This document shows, piece after piece, positions 28,972 through 41,970 of a DNA stretch of 64,000 bases; the stretch's first letter is position 1, and each line of letters starts with the position of its first letter. The position numbers were made by a program, and so were the translations under genes. The DNA comes from Eledone cirrhosa (Eukaryota). The notes under the pieces are model-generated. The model was not told the DNA's origin and did not search any database. It saw only the letters and a program-made list of their open reading frames with translations. Location of the stretch: assembly GCA_964016885.1 (NCBI GenBank), contig OZ024742.1, forward strand, positions 320,664,001-320,728,000, in the 5' to 3' direction.

Positions 28972-29438
28972 ATATATAAACAACTATCTGGTTGTGGAAC
29001 CAACCAACCAACCAGAAATTTATAAATTTATAAATTTATAAATATATAATAAATTGAAGTGAAAGCAACTGGTGCGTGTGTTTCTTATTGGCAACATGAC
29101 CCTCCCAAAGTATAACAATATCGGTTTCAACACACGATTTCAGATAAAGAATCTTGCTAAACAAATTCAGAAACGAAATATCGTAAGCCTTAGCCAGGCT
29201 AACAAGATACTGAAAACCACCATGTTCTGTTGTCTACGAAAAACCATAACATCTCGTTTTCCCTGGATATAAGGTCCTTTCTCTCGATATATATATACAT
29301 ATATATCTTTTGGCGTATTATTGCTCTGGATAATGTCTATTGAACTTGTTTATTGAAAAACACATAATTCTAACATATTTAATAGCGTAGAAGATGGACG
29401 TTAAACGATAATGATGATGATGATAAAAGAAATTCAAA

Positions 29439-29675
29439 GTCTGAAAGCCACGACAACGCGAGTTTAGACGGAGAAAAATTAAATTGTAAGAAACAGGACT
29501 TGTTTTTTTTACCTTAATTTATTCATGTCCTGATATTCCTTTATTTTCCCCGGAAGAAGAGATAAATCTCGAAATATCAGGACATATGAATAAATTAATC
29601 AAAGAAAACAAGCCCTTGTTCTTACAATTTAATTATTCTCCGTCCAAACTCGCATTGTCGTGGCTTTCAAACTCT
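29439..29675 (+). mobile_element. Short PLE-like 3' end with inverted 5' copy and degenerate HHR (29546-29583)
   Basis: Imperfect inverted arms at about 29439-29538 and 29573-29673. CGGAAGA-A-GAGAU aa AUCUC-GAAA-UAUC-AGGA. A related decayed copy lies at about 31866-31920. Confidence 0.55.
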
Positions 29676-29679
29676 CCGA

Positions 29680-29728
<49 letters not shown>

Positions 29729-29921
29729 TAAAATCTACCTTCGACACAGCTGTATACAAATATTTGTATACAGCTGTGTTGAAGCTAAATTCTAATTCTA
29801 TTTTCAGTTGAGCCTATTTATACAGCTTCGTATGCAAATGAGGCTGATCAGCCCATTTACACAGACAAAAGAACTATATATTTTCGCCTGTTTCAAAGTC
29901 CAGCAGTAGAGAGAGGGAAGC

Positions 29922-29965
29922 ACTGTCCTGATGAAAACCGTTTAAGTTCAAAATGCATAGACAGT
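29922..29965 (+). ncRNA. Minimal type I hammerhead, probably inactivated (GAAA changed to AAAA)
   Basis: ACUGUC-CUGAUGA-AAACcguuuaaGUUC-AAAA-UGCAU-A-GACAGU, with palindromic stem III AUGCAU. Stem I is extended by GUCCAGCAGU/ACUGCUGGAC (29898-29988). Confidence 0.7.
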
Positions 29966-30092
29966 TATCCCCCTTGCCACTGCTGGACACCACTCGGTAG
30001 CACTGACCGCCAGTCTTCTATTCATAGCTGTGGCTTTCAAAATGCCTATTTATAAACACGCCGTATATCTTTAGATATACAAAATTCACACG

Positions 30093-30203
<111 letters not shown>

Positions 30204-30943
30204 GCGCACACACACACATATATATATATATATGTATATTAACTGATTTAAGTCTAATACATCGACACAAGTGCTTATTTTTTTAAAGTCTGGTACTTAT
30301 ATTACCGACCTCTTTTTTGGGCGAAACACTAAATTGCGGAAGATTAGCAGACAGACGAAAGCACAGTAAAAGACACGGAAACGAAGTCTCTCTCACATAC
30401 ACTCACTCAAGCACACACTATAAACGTCGTTCTGTGTAATTTCCGTCTACAAATTTCACTCACAAGTCCACGTGAAGCTATATCGTTTGAGACATGCCGA
30501 ACGTGATAAAACAACAACAAACCAGCAGAAAGATTTTTTGTTGCACGATCCAACATTGTAAAAGGGTACTCTCAATTAAATCGTGCTAAACCATTTTACT
30601 GGTTTGAGAGCTGATCAGGGCGAAGATGTGTGTGTATGTGTAACTTGTCTTCTACATCGCATTTCCTTATTTCCTTCTTCCAGTCATTTCTATGCGTCAA
30701 CACATTTCCTTGTCCCCCTCCTCTTTCAATCTATTCTATATTTCATTGGTATGTCACCTACATTGTGGATTGTCTCTCTGTTGACCACTGGCCGTTGATC
30801 TGTGTCCTCTTATGCACTTTTCTCCATCGTTGTCTTTGACAACATTTAGGTGTTTTAACGGCTGTTCTAGCGATGAGTTTTCTCATTTTTATATGTATAC
30901 AAATACACTCTCTTTTCGTCTCGATCGGAGACAATATTATTTC

Positions 30944-31024
<81 letters not shown>

Positions 31025-31025
<1 letters not shown>

Positions 31026-31860
31026 GAAAAATTGAACAGGCACAGAACAGAGAGGCAGTACAATAAATGTTTATTAAATTCACGCTCAGGAGAGTGGGGG
31101 GTAGGTGGGGGACGACGTTTCGGGCATAAGCCCTTCTTCAGGTGAGAAGTGTGTGGGAACAGAGTTCAAAAGGTGTGTAGGGGAGTGGTGGAGAGACATA
31201 TAGCGAAAGGAAACGGTGCGAATGAAAAATTAACAAATAAAGACAAAAAATATAATAAATAAAAATAAAGCATGATCAAAATACAAGGAATGAGAAAATT
31301 TAAAAATAAAGGCATGATCAAAATAAACTGAAATTAAAGGGGGGTAAACAGGTGGTGGAAGGGTGTGGGGTGAGTAGGGGTGGTGGCGGGTGGAGTGGGG
31401 AGAGGGAGACGGGGTGTCCGAGCGGGGAGGGCTGAAGGTGGTGTGTGTGGTTAGGTGTGCGTGTGTGTGTGTATGTGAAAGTGAGGGTTGGGGGAAGAAC
31501 GGGGTTGCATGTTCAGGAAGGTGTGTGTGGGGGGTGTTTTTGTGGGTCGGAGTGTCTGTGCGTGTGTGGATTGGGGGGTGGGGGTGGGGGAGAGGAATCA
31601 GGAGGCTGAGGGTGTAAATATGTGGTGGGAAGCACGTGTGTGTGGTTTAAGCGTGTTGTGGGTGTGGGTGGCGTGTGGATAAAAAAATTTTTTTGGGGGG
31701 TGTGTGTGTGGGTGAGTTATATAGGTGATGGTGTAAGAGGATGGTTGAAAAGTTGGTAAGTTCCACGGATGTTTGGAGATTTGGTTAGAAGTCAATTTCG
31801 CGTGTGGGTAATCCAATATATATATAATTTCCCATTTCCTGTCAGCACGACTTGGCAAGC
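31025..31860 (-). mobile_element. PLE 3' remnant
   Basis: C-rich 3' UTR-like tract on the minus strand ending in an HHR and an AATAAA-rich end next to (TA)n. The short minus ORF may be the end of an endonuclease. Confidence 0.55.
31111..31145 (-). ncRNA. Minimal type I hammerhead ribozyme
   Basis: CAC-CUGAAGA-A-GGGC uuau GCCC-GAAACGUC-GU: the typical PLE minimal HHR with palindromic ACGU stem III and GUC site. Stem I is weak. Confidence 0.7.
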
Positions 31861-32030
31861 TAATTATAACGAAGAAGAGATATTATCTCGAAAATTAAGG
31901 ATATTTAAATAAATTTAAGGTAAAGGACAAATTGTCAACAATATCTTTGCATTTGCATTTATATTCTATATCCATACCTGCAAACGTTTATACCTCATTA
32001 CACAATGCTTCAAGTGAACTACAAATTCCT

Positions 32031-32060
<30 letters not shown>

Positions 32061-32066
<6 letters not shown>

Positions 32067-32250
32067 TAAAAAGAAAAGAAAATGCTGACAAATTGTTCCC
32101 AGTGAAAAATAGTTTAATTAGGAATAAGTAAAAATTAGTAATAAGTATTGGTTAGTATTCAGTTTTAGTTTTAAGTTTTTACCGGTTGCGCATTTCTAAT
32201 GCTTTTCAAAAATAATTTTGAGATAGAGCGCTCGTGATGTTTGCTCTAAT
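32061..32250 (-). repeat. PLE-3'-end-like repeat, same family as the 53441-53864 palindrome arms
   Basis: TATTGGTAAA..AAATGCTGACAAATTGTT..ACCGGTTGCGCATTTCTAATGCTTTTCAAAAATAATTTTGAGATAGAG is shared with those arms. Confidence 0.8.
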
Positions 32251-32346
32251 CTCTCTCTCTATATATATACAAAATTTAGTACAGCATAATCGGATTTGCA
32301 AATTGAAGACAGCGACCGATAGTCTAGCCGCAGTGACCAAAGCGAC

Positions 32347-32384
<38 letters not shown>

Positions 32385-32455
32385 TGAAAAAACAATATAT
32401 ATATATATATATATGCAAAAGTTTTATTTAAAATTGTTGGGTTACAACGAGTAAA

Positions 32456-32611
32456 TATTTTATAACTGATATAAAAGCACTCAACAGTTTCTGGAGTAGG
32501 TTTACGATATTAAACAAATGGAAACTATATTTATAAAACCATATTTATTTCGTTATATATATTTCTGGGATATCATATTAAAAATATGGTATGCCTTCCT
32601 CAGACAAAATA
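32456..32611 (-). ncRNA. Type I hammerhead candidate with about 105-nt stem II region
   Basis: Stem I UAUUUUGU/AUAAAAUA, core CUGAGGA, long insert (CCAUAUUU/AAAUAUGG), GAAA, stem III ACUG/CAGU, GUU site. The base of stem II is poorly paired. Confidence 0.55.
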
Positions 32612-33862
32612 CAATACATAAGCTGTTTTATAAATAATTTTGACATACCTTATAATAATGCAACTTCCATTTAAAAAAGTTGATTTGGTAGTGAAACTGT
32701 TATGACAGTTATATAGAAAGAAAACCGAAGATGAAAAGAAGAAGATGAAGAGATGTATGTAAATAAAAAAAGAAGAAGATGAAGAGATGTATGTAAAGAA
32801 AAACAACAGAGCGAGATAGAGATAGAAGGAGATATGGGAGAGAGAAATACATTGAGGAAGTGAAAAAATATAGTAGGCAGCTTTTGGACAGATGATCATC
32901 GTATATGTGAGAGGTTAAGGAGGGAAGGGATACAGTTAAACTAGCCGACACATAAATCACGCCCAGTGTAGAGGAGAAAAAGAAAGAAAGATGATATATT
33001 TAAAATATATTAAAAATATATTATGTCTCATCCATTTGAATTATCAATTTTTATGAATTAGGTATTATAATGTAAATATCAGTATTCATGAATGAGACAC
33101 ATATCCATAATGTGTGAAAAAATGACCCCATGCTTAGTTTAAAAATTCTTAGGTCTATAAGCAAAATCTGAGATAAAACTTCAAACATAAGTATATATGC
33201 ATTCTCATGAAAAAAGAAAAAAGAGAAAAGAGAAGGTTATCTCAAATTCAAGTTGATAAATATCGACACACATGTGAACCTACGTGATATGCTCCACAGA
33301 TTCTTATATTTCATGAAAATCTTCATTGCGTTACAAAAGATTCCACCCTACATATATTTACATACATATATACATATATATAGACATAAAATATATAAGA
33401 TATACATTAACATTTAAAGTAACATTCCTGCCTCACTTGCATGATTATCGATCAAGCATAGAATAGACAACAGATATCAATATTAAAAATTAAAAACGCC
33501 AAGAATATCTTCGTCACTCCACAGAGTATCTAGGGACGCAAGAGAACATAGTATGCCACGCATATCAGTCACATAAAATCAGAATCAAAAGCAAACAAAA
33601 CCAAAATTGTTCACCAAGCCTTATTTAGCAGAAATCATTCAAAACTTATTCTACAAATGTTCTTATATTTATTATAGAAGTTTATCCAGCTTAAAAATTT
33701 ATTCAAAAGATTGGGAACATCGCCAAAGTTAGGGTAGTTTATTTAATCTCATTAATTTTATATTCATGCAGAAAGGTTTTAAAAAAATTGAAGGAATCGA
33801 AAGATTTATCGCCAAGTTTCATAAATAGTTAAATATCTTAAGTAAATATACTACATTTTATA

Positions 33863-35359
33863 CTACATTTTAAATTTATATTTATATTTAAAAGTTGAGT
33901 TCAATCTATGTCTGCAGAAGCTGAATAAATTGGTTCGTAAATTAAGGGAATTTTTAGATTTTAGTATAAAGAATATCTCCTCCGCGCAGAGGTCACATGT
34001 CTCAGAAGAGGAATTAAAAGGAATCCCTTTTGAGACTATATTCCAAACCATCGAATATCCAACTTTATCATGTTTAAGTTGCCAGAGTAAGCCTGACAGC
34101 GATGTTGAAGATTTTTTATTTGGATCCGTGAAAGAATTTTTGTGATTATTATAGCGAAGTTTAAATTCTGTCGAGGTGGAACCAACATAATTAAAAGAAT
34201 TTAAATCAGTTTTAACATTACAGTTGTATATTATATTTTTAACTAAGCAATTGTTATTTAGCGGACATTTAGATCTATCTCTACAGTTACAGTTTTTTAC
34301 TTGAATATTGTTTAGGCTATTTTCGGTATTTTGGCTAGGTTTTAGGTTCCTATTATTTATTCTATTAATATTTTGTGCTAAACTTTTGGTGGACGAGTAC
34401 GTTAATTTTATAGTATGTCTATTGAAAATTGAGTGATACTTATGTGTTCTAGGGAAGCGTTTGTCAAGAGCATTAAAAAATAGTTTAGCGATGTGGGTTT
34501 TAATGTTTAGTGAGAAAGGGGGGGGGGGCAAACCAAATTATATTTCTAGTTCTATTTCTTTTCTGGTTTTTGGAATTATTGTAGTGCTTTCTATTATAGT
34601 TGTTAAAGTTGTTACTGTAATTAAAATTGTTGTTATTTTGGTTAGTTTGTCTATTATCGATGTACATAATTTTATCACTATATCCTGCTCTAGCTAACGC
34701 TTCATTATAATACTGGGCTTTTTTGTCAAAAATATTTTTATTGGAAGAGATTCTAGAGATACGTTTTTGAACAGAGTTCACTATAGTATTTTTGACAGAT
34801 CTGGGGTGATTGGAGCTAAAGTTGACATAATTCAAGTTTTCATTTAACTTGTGAAATGGATAGTGAAGACATGTGTTGAGATTTAATGTTACGTCTAGGA
34901 AATTGACTATTCTATGGTTATTCTCAATTTCTATTTTTAGATTAAGGTAATTAAAAAATTGTATAATTTGTTTCCTTTTCTTATTTAGTTCAGAGTTATT
35001 ATTTTCAATAAGTAAAAGCATGTCATCTCTATATAAACCTCCGGTAACACCGGGTATTTTCCTATGCAGCGAATTAATTATAAATAGGCCCACAAGGTCC
35101 GTTACCTGAGCTGAGTCTGATGATCCCATAGTAATGTCGAAATTATTATCTCTATCTGCCCTAGTCCATAGTTGGTTATTAAATTCTATCAAAGTTTTCC
35201 TTGCCGATAATATAATGTGCATTTCATTGCTAGTTAGGTCTGTATGCTTGAATGCGTAATTTAGTGCCTTATTTAGTAGATTAGGGGTAATGGATGAATA
35301 GTAGTTAGCAATATCTAGTTGAATAAATTTATTATTATTGTTATATTTAATTTCATTAA
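33863..35359 (-). CDS. PLE RT (5'-truncated) + GIY-YIG endonuclease; one frameshift at the G-run near 34520
   Basis: FIQLDIANYY; FDITMGSSDSAQVTDLVG; GLYRDD; NFLDVTL; RNIIWFAPP; CNCRDRSKCPL..C..IIY..YVGST..FKLRYNNH..CDLCAEE..LN..CRH. Confidence 0.9.
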
Positions 35360-35993
35360 ATTTTTTCACTTCCTCAATGTATTTCTCTCTCCCATATCTC
35401 CTTCTCTCTCTATCTCGCTCTGTTGTTTTTCTTTACATACATCTCTTCATTTTCTTCTTTTTTTATTTACATACATCTCTTCATCTTCTTCTTTTCATCT
35501 TCGGTTTTCTTTCTATATAACTGTCATAACAGTTTCACTACCAAATCAACTTTTTTAAATGGAAGTTGCATTATTATAAGGTATGTCAAAATTATTTATA
35601 AAACAGCTTATGTATTGTATTTTGTCTGAGGAAGGCATACCATATTTTTAATATGATATCCCAGAAATATATATAACGAAATAAATATGGTTTTATAAAT
35701 ATAGTTTCCATTTGTTTAATATCGTATATATATATATATATATATATATGAGGGGGGGGGGGGGGGTTATGTGTGTGTATGTGTGTATGTGTGTATATTT
35801 GCATCTATTTATGAATGTACGTAAATATATCTGTATTTTCCGTGCATGTATGTATGTACACATACATACATGCACGGAAAATACAGATATATTTACGTAC
35901 ATTCATAAATAAATGCAAATATACACACATACACACACATACCCCCCCCCCCCCCACCATATATATATGTATGTGTGTGTGTACATACACAAC

Positions 35994-36050
<57 letters not shown>

Positions 36051-36280
36051 CACCCACCCACAGATGTAGAACAAATATACAAACACTTGAGCTATCATCA
36101 ATCAGTTGTCATTGAAATACAAAGCTACGATATTGCTGATATCAACAGATAGGTATGACGTTTACGTGTTTATGTTGTTCGTACGTGTATCTTTATGTAT
36201 ATTTGTTGTATATATATATCACAATATATACATACATATAAATATATACATGTATACATATTTAAATTTATATATATATA

Positions 36281-36328
<48 letters not shown>

Positions 36329-36581
36329 GAGTTAAAAATGGTACAATTTATCGAAAGAGCATGCGATTAAACAGCGCGATAGACATTCTCGACATTATAT
36401 ATACACAATAAATATTAAAGTATGTACAATGAAAATAATTTATGTTGGATAGAAATAAAAGAGATGGTTTGTCGTTTCAGGTTAAACCCTTTATCGGAGT
36501 AGAGTAAAAGAAGAAAGGGATATGAATGAGATAAGAAAAGTGTTAGAACGATACCAATTTGGAGAAATCATTTCATATATA

Positions 36582-36622
<41 letters not shown>

Positions 36623-36629
36623 ACAAAGA

Positions 36630-36800
36630 GGGTGTGGTAAGATACCAAGTGGACCATAACGCACCAGAATACTCAATACTTAGGGTAGTAGAGTGGGTAA
36701 TATGAACAGAGTCAGGACCTCTACGACTGAGCTCCGGCCGTTTGGGAGTTCGGATCTAGCTGCCGCAACGGCTGGAGCTCAGCCGTAGGGGTCCTGATTC
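36630..36800 (-). repeat. PLE terminal fragment of the 43640 family, with foldback 36712-36797
   Basis: GTGGACCATAACGCACCA..TACTCAATACTTAGGGTAGTAGAGTGGGTAAT matches 43650-43715. Followed by an inverted repeat with arms of about 31 bp. Confidence 0.8.
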
Positions 36801-36805
36801 TTTTC

Positions 36806-36932
<127 letters not shown>

Positions 36933-36955
36933 CTCCAAAAGAATGGTGTTGAAGT

Positions 36956-37009
<54 letters not shown>

Positions 37010-37370
37010 ATCTGAGGTTTTCGAATATTAATAATAATATTCGATTCGTTTGCAATTATGCAAAGAGAAGAGCGAAATTTATTTATATATATATATACTA
37101 CTAAAACTCTGTGATTGCTTGCTTGCTTATCTGTAATGTAATACAGCCAAAAGGGCGCATAATGGGAACATTCTTTGAAACAAAGTTGACCCTGAAATGG
37201 GAATACAAATGGAATAAAACAAGCTTCGCGTAAATCGGACGACGGGTTCCCAAGATACGGACTTTTTCCGGCTACCTTCATAAATAGAGAGAAAGAATGA
37301 TAAAGAGAAAGAGATAGTGGTTGTGAGAGAGTAGTTTGAAAGAGAGACATAGAGAGAGAAGGAAAATGGA

Positions 37371-37452
<82 letters not shown>

Positions 37453-37552
37453 GGTGGTGTTATTGAATGAAATTATAACCGGTGATTTCAAAGAAACGAA
37501 TACAGCATTACTGTATCCTATTAAATAGAAAGGGTTTCTAAGTGTGTGTGCG

Positions 37553-37714
<162 letters not shown>

Positions 37715-37716
37715 CG

Positions 37717-37749
<33 letters not shown>

Positions 37750-37786
37750 CTGTGTCTGTGACCGGTGTATGTAGGTCACAAATACC

Positions 37787-37843
<57 letters not shown>

Positions 37844-38079
37844 TTAAACATATCGAGAAAACATTTTTCTCTTTCTTCTTGTGACACATTTTTTCAGACC
37901 AAAACCGTCATTACATTTGTTTGGGCACCGTATTTTTTTCTGATGCAAGTAAAAACAAAACAAAAGAAAGAAACAGCTTACTGTTTCCTAGATCAGTATA
38001 TATCCCAGGACATTAAGATATATTTTAATTACATAATGATATATTCTAATTATACAATGATATACTCTAATTATATAAT

Positions 38080-38545
38080 AATTGTTTCTGCTTTTGGCAC
38101 AAGGCCAGCAATTATTCCAGTGTATTACTGGTACTTTATTTTATCGACCCCGTAAGGATGAAAGGCAAAGTTAACCTCGGCGGGATTTGAACTCAGAATG
38201 GTAAGGGCCGTAACTCTATGCGTCAAATCATGGCGTCCGACTCTCTACCAATACTGCCAATCCAGTACCCTCTAATTATATAATAATATAGTCTAATTAT
38301 ACAATGATATATTTTAATTATATAATGATATATTTTAATTATATAATGATAATATTATTTTTAATTATATAATGGAAAGGGAAAATCAATTAGATTGACC
38401 TCAGAGCATTACTGGTACTTTATTTTATCGACCCTGTAAGGATGAAAGGCAAAGTTAACTTCGGCGAGATTTGAATTCAGAACGTAAATGGCCGTAACTC
38501 TATGCCGCTAAGCTTGTTGTCCGATGCTCTACCGATTCTGTAATG
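38080..38545 (-). mobile_element. Two tandem Nin/Deu-domain SINE copies (about 38080-38270 and 38375-38545)
   Basis: Both contain TACTGGTACTTTATTTTATCGACCC.GTAAGGATGAAAGGCAAAGTTAAC.TCGGCG.GATTTGAA.TCAGAA. Confidence 0.8.
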
Positions 38546-39302
38546 AGGATTAAAGATGTGAAAGATGAAGTAGTGAAACAGTACTTAGACAATGCTTCGT
38601 TTTTGCATTATGTATATAGTGGGAATATATAGTGTTGGATAAAATCAATAGATAATATACTATTGTATAGTATGAGACATAACATTAGTAATTATTGTAT
38701 ATAAAGACGTAAATGCTTACATCTATCTATGCATACAATGTAGGATAAATGTATAGATATTTACTATAGTACAATACATAACATTGAAACTAAACACTGT
38801 TAGAAAAGGAAAGACGGAAAAGAGCTCTTAACTCCTGAACGAGTCGTCTGGTTACCGTCCTAATACACGAGATTTTAAAACTTGCGAAACCTATCATTCT
38901 GTAGATCAGAACACAGCCCATTTCTTCCAGAGAAGGAGAGCTGGAGAAAAAGATAAAGAAGTAAAATCGATCCCAATACAGGACTGGTTCTTCAACAGGC
39001 TGAAAGTTATAGTTAATCCAAGCAGGATTTAAAATTAGAGCGCAAAGAGCCGGAAAAATACCGATACATTGTTAACATATCTGGAATTTATTAATCAAAA
39101 TAGCTGCGAAGTTTTGGGTTATATAAGAAAATTGATTTTCTTATATAAGTTGTGTTTTCGACAAACACTTAAAATAAGTAGCGAACACAAATAAATACGG
39201 ACGCGTCGATATGATTAACTAAAATAAGCTTGAGGGTGTGGCCCTAGTATAACAGCGATCCAATGATTGATTCTAGTCACAGGATGAAAGAATAAATAAA
39301 TA

Positions 39303-39392
<90 letters not shown>

Positions 39393-40264
39393 GTATATGT
39401 ATATATATGTATGTATGTATATATACATACATACATACATACATACACATATGTATGTATAGCTCGGTTTGATATATGGTTTCTCCACCGACACGTTTGA
39501 AATATTACTGGTTATGCTTGCATGACTGTGAAATAAAATTCCGAATTGACGTAGTGCGTGTATCTCTGTGTGAATGTATATATTCATAGATATGTATGTA
39601 TATCATACATACACAGACACATACACAGACACAGACACACATACAGACACACATACAGATACAGATACAGACACAGACACACATACAGACACACGAAAAC
39701 TCAACATTTGTTCCGGCTTTTTACGTTCTGTGTTCAAATCACGCCCAGAACAAATCTGTTTTTCACCAATTCATCCGCGTTCGATAAAATAATGTTTCAA
39801 TCAAATACTGAGGTCGATTTAATCGACTTTCTTCTCCATAGCTCCCACTCCCCCCAAATTGCAAGTCTTGTGCATAAATTAGAAACCAGTATTGTTGATG
39901 CTGTTGTTGTTGTCAATATTGATATTATTTTAATAACTACATGCCATTCCTTCCCGATGATTTATTGGGTCTTTATTGTTGCTGCAAGGATTACAACAAA
40001 ATAGAACAACAACGGAATGAATATTAACAACCAGCACAACCATAACTTGGCATAAACGCCCCAGATTTGGGTGATGAAACAAATATATTGAAATCGGGAT
40101 GCAAATAAATAAAAAATAAAGAAAGATATCGAAGAGAGCCGTTTGGGGTGGCTGATCATGCGGAATATGGGCCCTATTGTTAGTTTTTGTTAGACTTTCA
40201 ATTGTGAGTATCATTTAATTGAACTAATCTAAATGGTTACGGTCTCTTGTTTCATACCAAATTA

Positions 40265-40900
40265 TACATACATACATACATACATGGTGGCTGCCAACTC
40301 GTTTTCGAGTACGGCCACTACTTTATATCCATGTAGGAGAACCCCTACCAATGCGCTGAACGAGTGTGACTTTTTAGTCCAGCCAGCGACTTGAAAACTC
40401 TGGTACAAACACTACACCTGTGACAATTATTGACACATAGTGCTGGGCCCATGGTACCATGTGACGACAAGTGCAGAGAGATCAGAGATCTCCAGATATA
40501 AAGCAATGCCTGTGCCGTGAAGCTTTTATAGTGAGCAAAGGCACTGCACAAAGCCAGTCCCACTCTCTTAACCAAGATAATATTTACCAAAAAGAAGAAC
40601 AAGTCAACATCATTGGATACCATCAGGGTTGCAGGTGTTATATCAGAGTTTTCCTTCTCCTAGAATTCTGCCTTGACAAAGGCTAAGGGGTCATCTCTCC
40701 CAGTGATTTTGGATGGCCATTGACTCTAAAGAGCTCCTTTGCCCTTTGACAGGTTTTGTTTTTAGTCCTGCAGGATGTCCAAAGTCACCCTCCTCACCAA
40801 GAAACCTTGGTGGGGTTGCCAGTTTAGTCGCCAACGACCCGACCATGGGACAGGTTGTACTGGGATACATGTTACCAGTAGCACCAACTGGTGACCTGAC
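40265..40900 (-). mobile_element. Non-autonomous RTE-related element (5' UTR-like head joined to LINE 3' end)
   Basis: The 3' part encodes the C2H2 finger CSVCTRVFKSLAGLKSHTRSAH and ends GAAAACGAGTTGGCAGCCACC plus a (TGTA)n tail. Confidence 0.65.
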
Positions 40901-41018
40901 ACATACATACATACATACATACATACATACATACAAACATATATACTTACATACAAACATATATACATACATACATACATATATACTTACATACAAACAT
41001 ACAAACATACATACATAC

Positions 41019-41053
<35 letters not shown>

Positions 41054-41084
41054 CTTACATACAAACATACAAACATACATACAT

Positions 41085-41502
41085 ACACACATGGTGGCTG
41101 CCAACTCGTTTTCGATTACGGCCACTACTTTATATCCATATAGGAGAACCCCTACCGATGCGCTGAACGTGTGTGACTTTTTAGTCCAGCCAGCGACTTG
41201 AAAACTCTGGTACAAACGCTACACTTGTGACAATTATTGACACATAGTGCTGGGCCCATGGTACCATGTGACGACAAGTGCAGAGAGATCTCCAGATATA
41301 AAGCAATGCCTGTGCCGTGAAGCTTTTATAGTGAGCAAAGGCACTGCACAAAGCCAGTCCCACTCTCTTAACCAAGATGATATTTACCAAAAAGAAGAAC
41401 AAGTCAACATCATTGGATACCATCAGAGTTGCAGGTGTTATATCAGAGTTTTCCTTCTCCTAGAATTCTGCCTTGACAAAGGCTAAGGGGTCATCTCTCC
41501 CG
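41085..41502 (-). mobile_element. Second, 5'-truncated copy of the 40265-40900 element
   Basis: Near-identical direct repeat of 40283-40701, followed on the minus strand by a long (TGTA)n tail. Confidence 0.8.
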
Positions 41503-41672
41503 GTGACACACACACATATACATACATATATACATACATACAAATATACACACGTACATACATACACACATACATATACACACACATACATATATACATA
41601 CATACAAATATACACACGTACTTACATATATACATATATACATACATATATACATACATATATACATTGTCA

Positions 41673-41713
<41 letters not shown>

Positions 41714-41927
41714 AAGTATGTATGTATACGTACATACATGTATGTATACAGACGTACAGTAGTATGTATATATATATACATACATGCACACATATATATA
41801 TGTACGTATGGGTTTACCGAACATCTATTATAATGTTCGGTCTGTTTGTAAACAAACAAACATCCCGAATTACACCGTACAGTGTTTAGCAACCATCGTC
41901 GCCTTTTTGTTCAACACTGACAAAGGA

Positions 41928-41970
41928 ACGATGTACTAGTTTCAAGCTTATTAGTTATCGTCAGCATCGT
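41928..41970 (-). ncRNA. Minimal type I hammerhead, copy 1
   Basis: ACGAUG-CUGACGA-UAACUaauaAGCUU-GAAA-CUAG-UA-CAUCGU, with one stem II mismatch. Confidence 0.8.

Larger units (their letters stand above)
25441..29286 (+). mobile_element. Penelope-like element (Neptune-like, RT + C-terminal GIY-YIG), 5'-truncated, in (TA)n
   Basis: Disrupted RT/EN reading frame, HHR in the 3' repeat, a 73-bp inverted copy (25441-25513) of 29109-29181, and (TA)n on both flanks. Confidence 0.92.
32415..35726 (-). mobile_element. Naiad-like PLE, 5'-truncated with 367-bp inverted 5' copy, in (TA)n
   Basis: Inverted repeat 32503-32869 / 35360-35726 (near-identical), RT+GIY-YIG between the arms, and (TA)n flanks. 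Confidence 0.92.

Noticed and set aside
36470-36505. CCGAUAA-AGG..CCU-GAAACG on the minus strand
   Set aside because: The 3-8 pair is broken and there is no UH site or stem I. A possible fossil only.
40745-40900. HDV-like ribozyme at the 5' end of the RTE-related element (GGUCACC/GGUGACU, AGGUUU/AAACCU)
   Set aside because: L3/P1.1 and J4/2 do not fit the consensus, and a competing CACCAAG/CUUGGUG hairpin is stronger.
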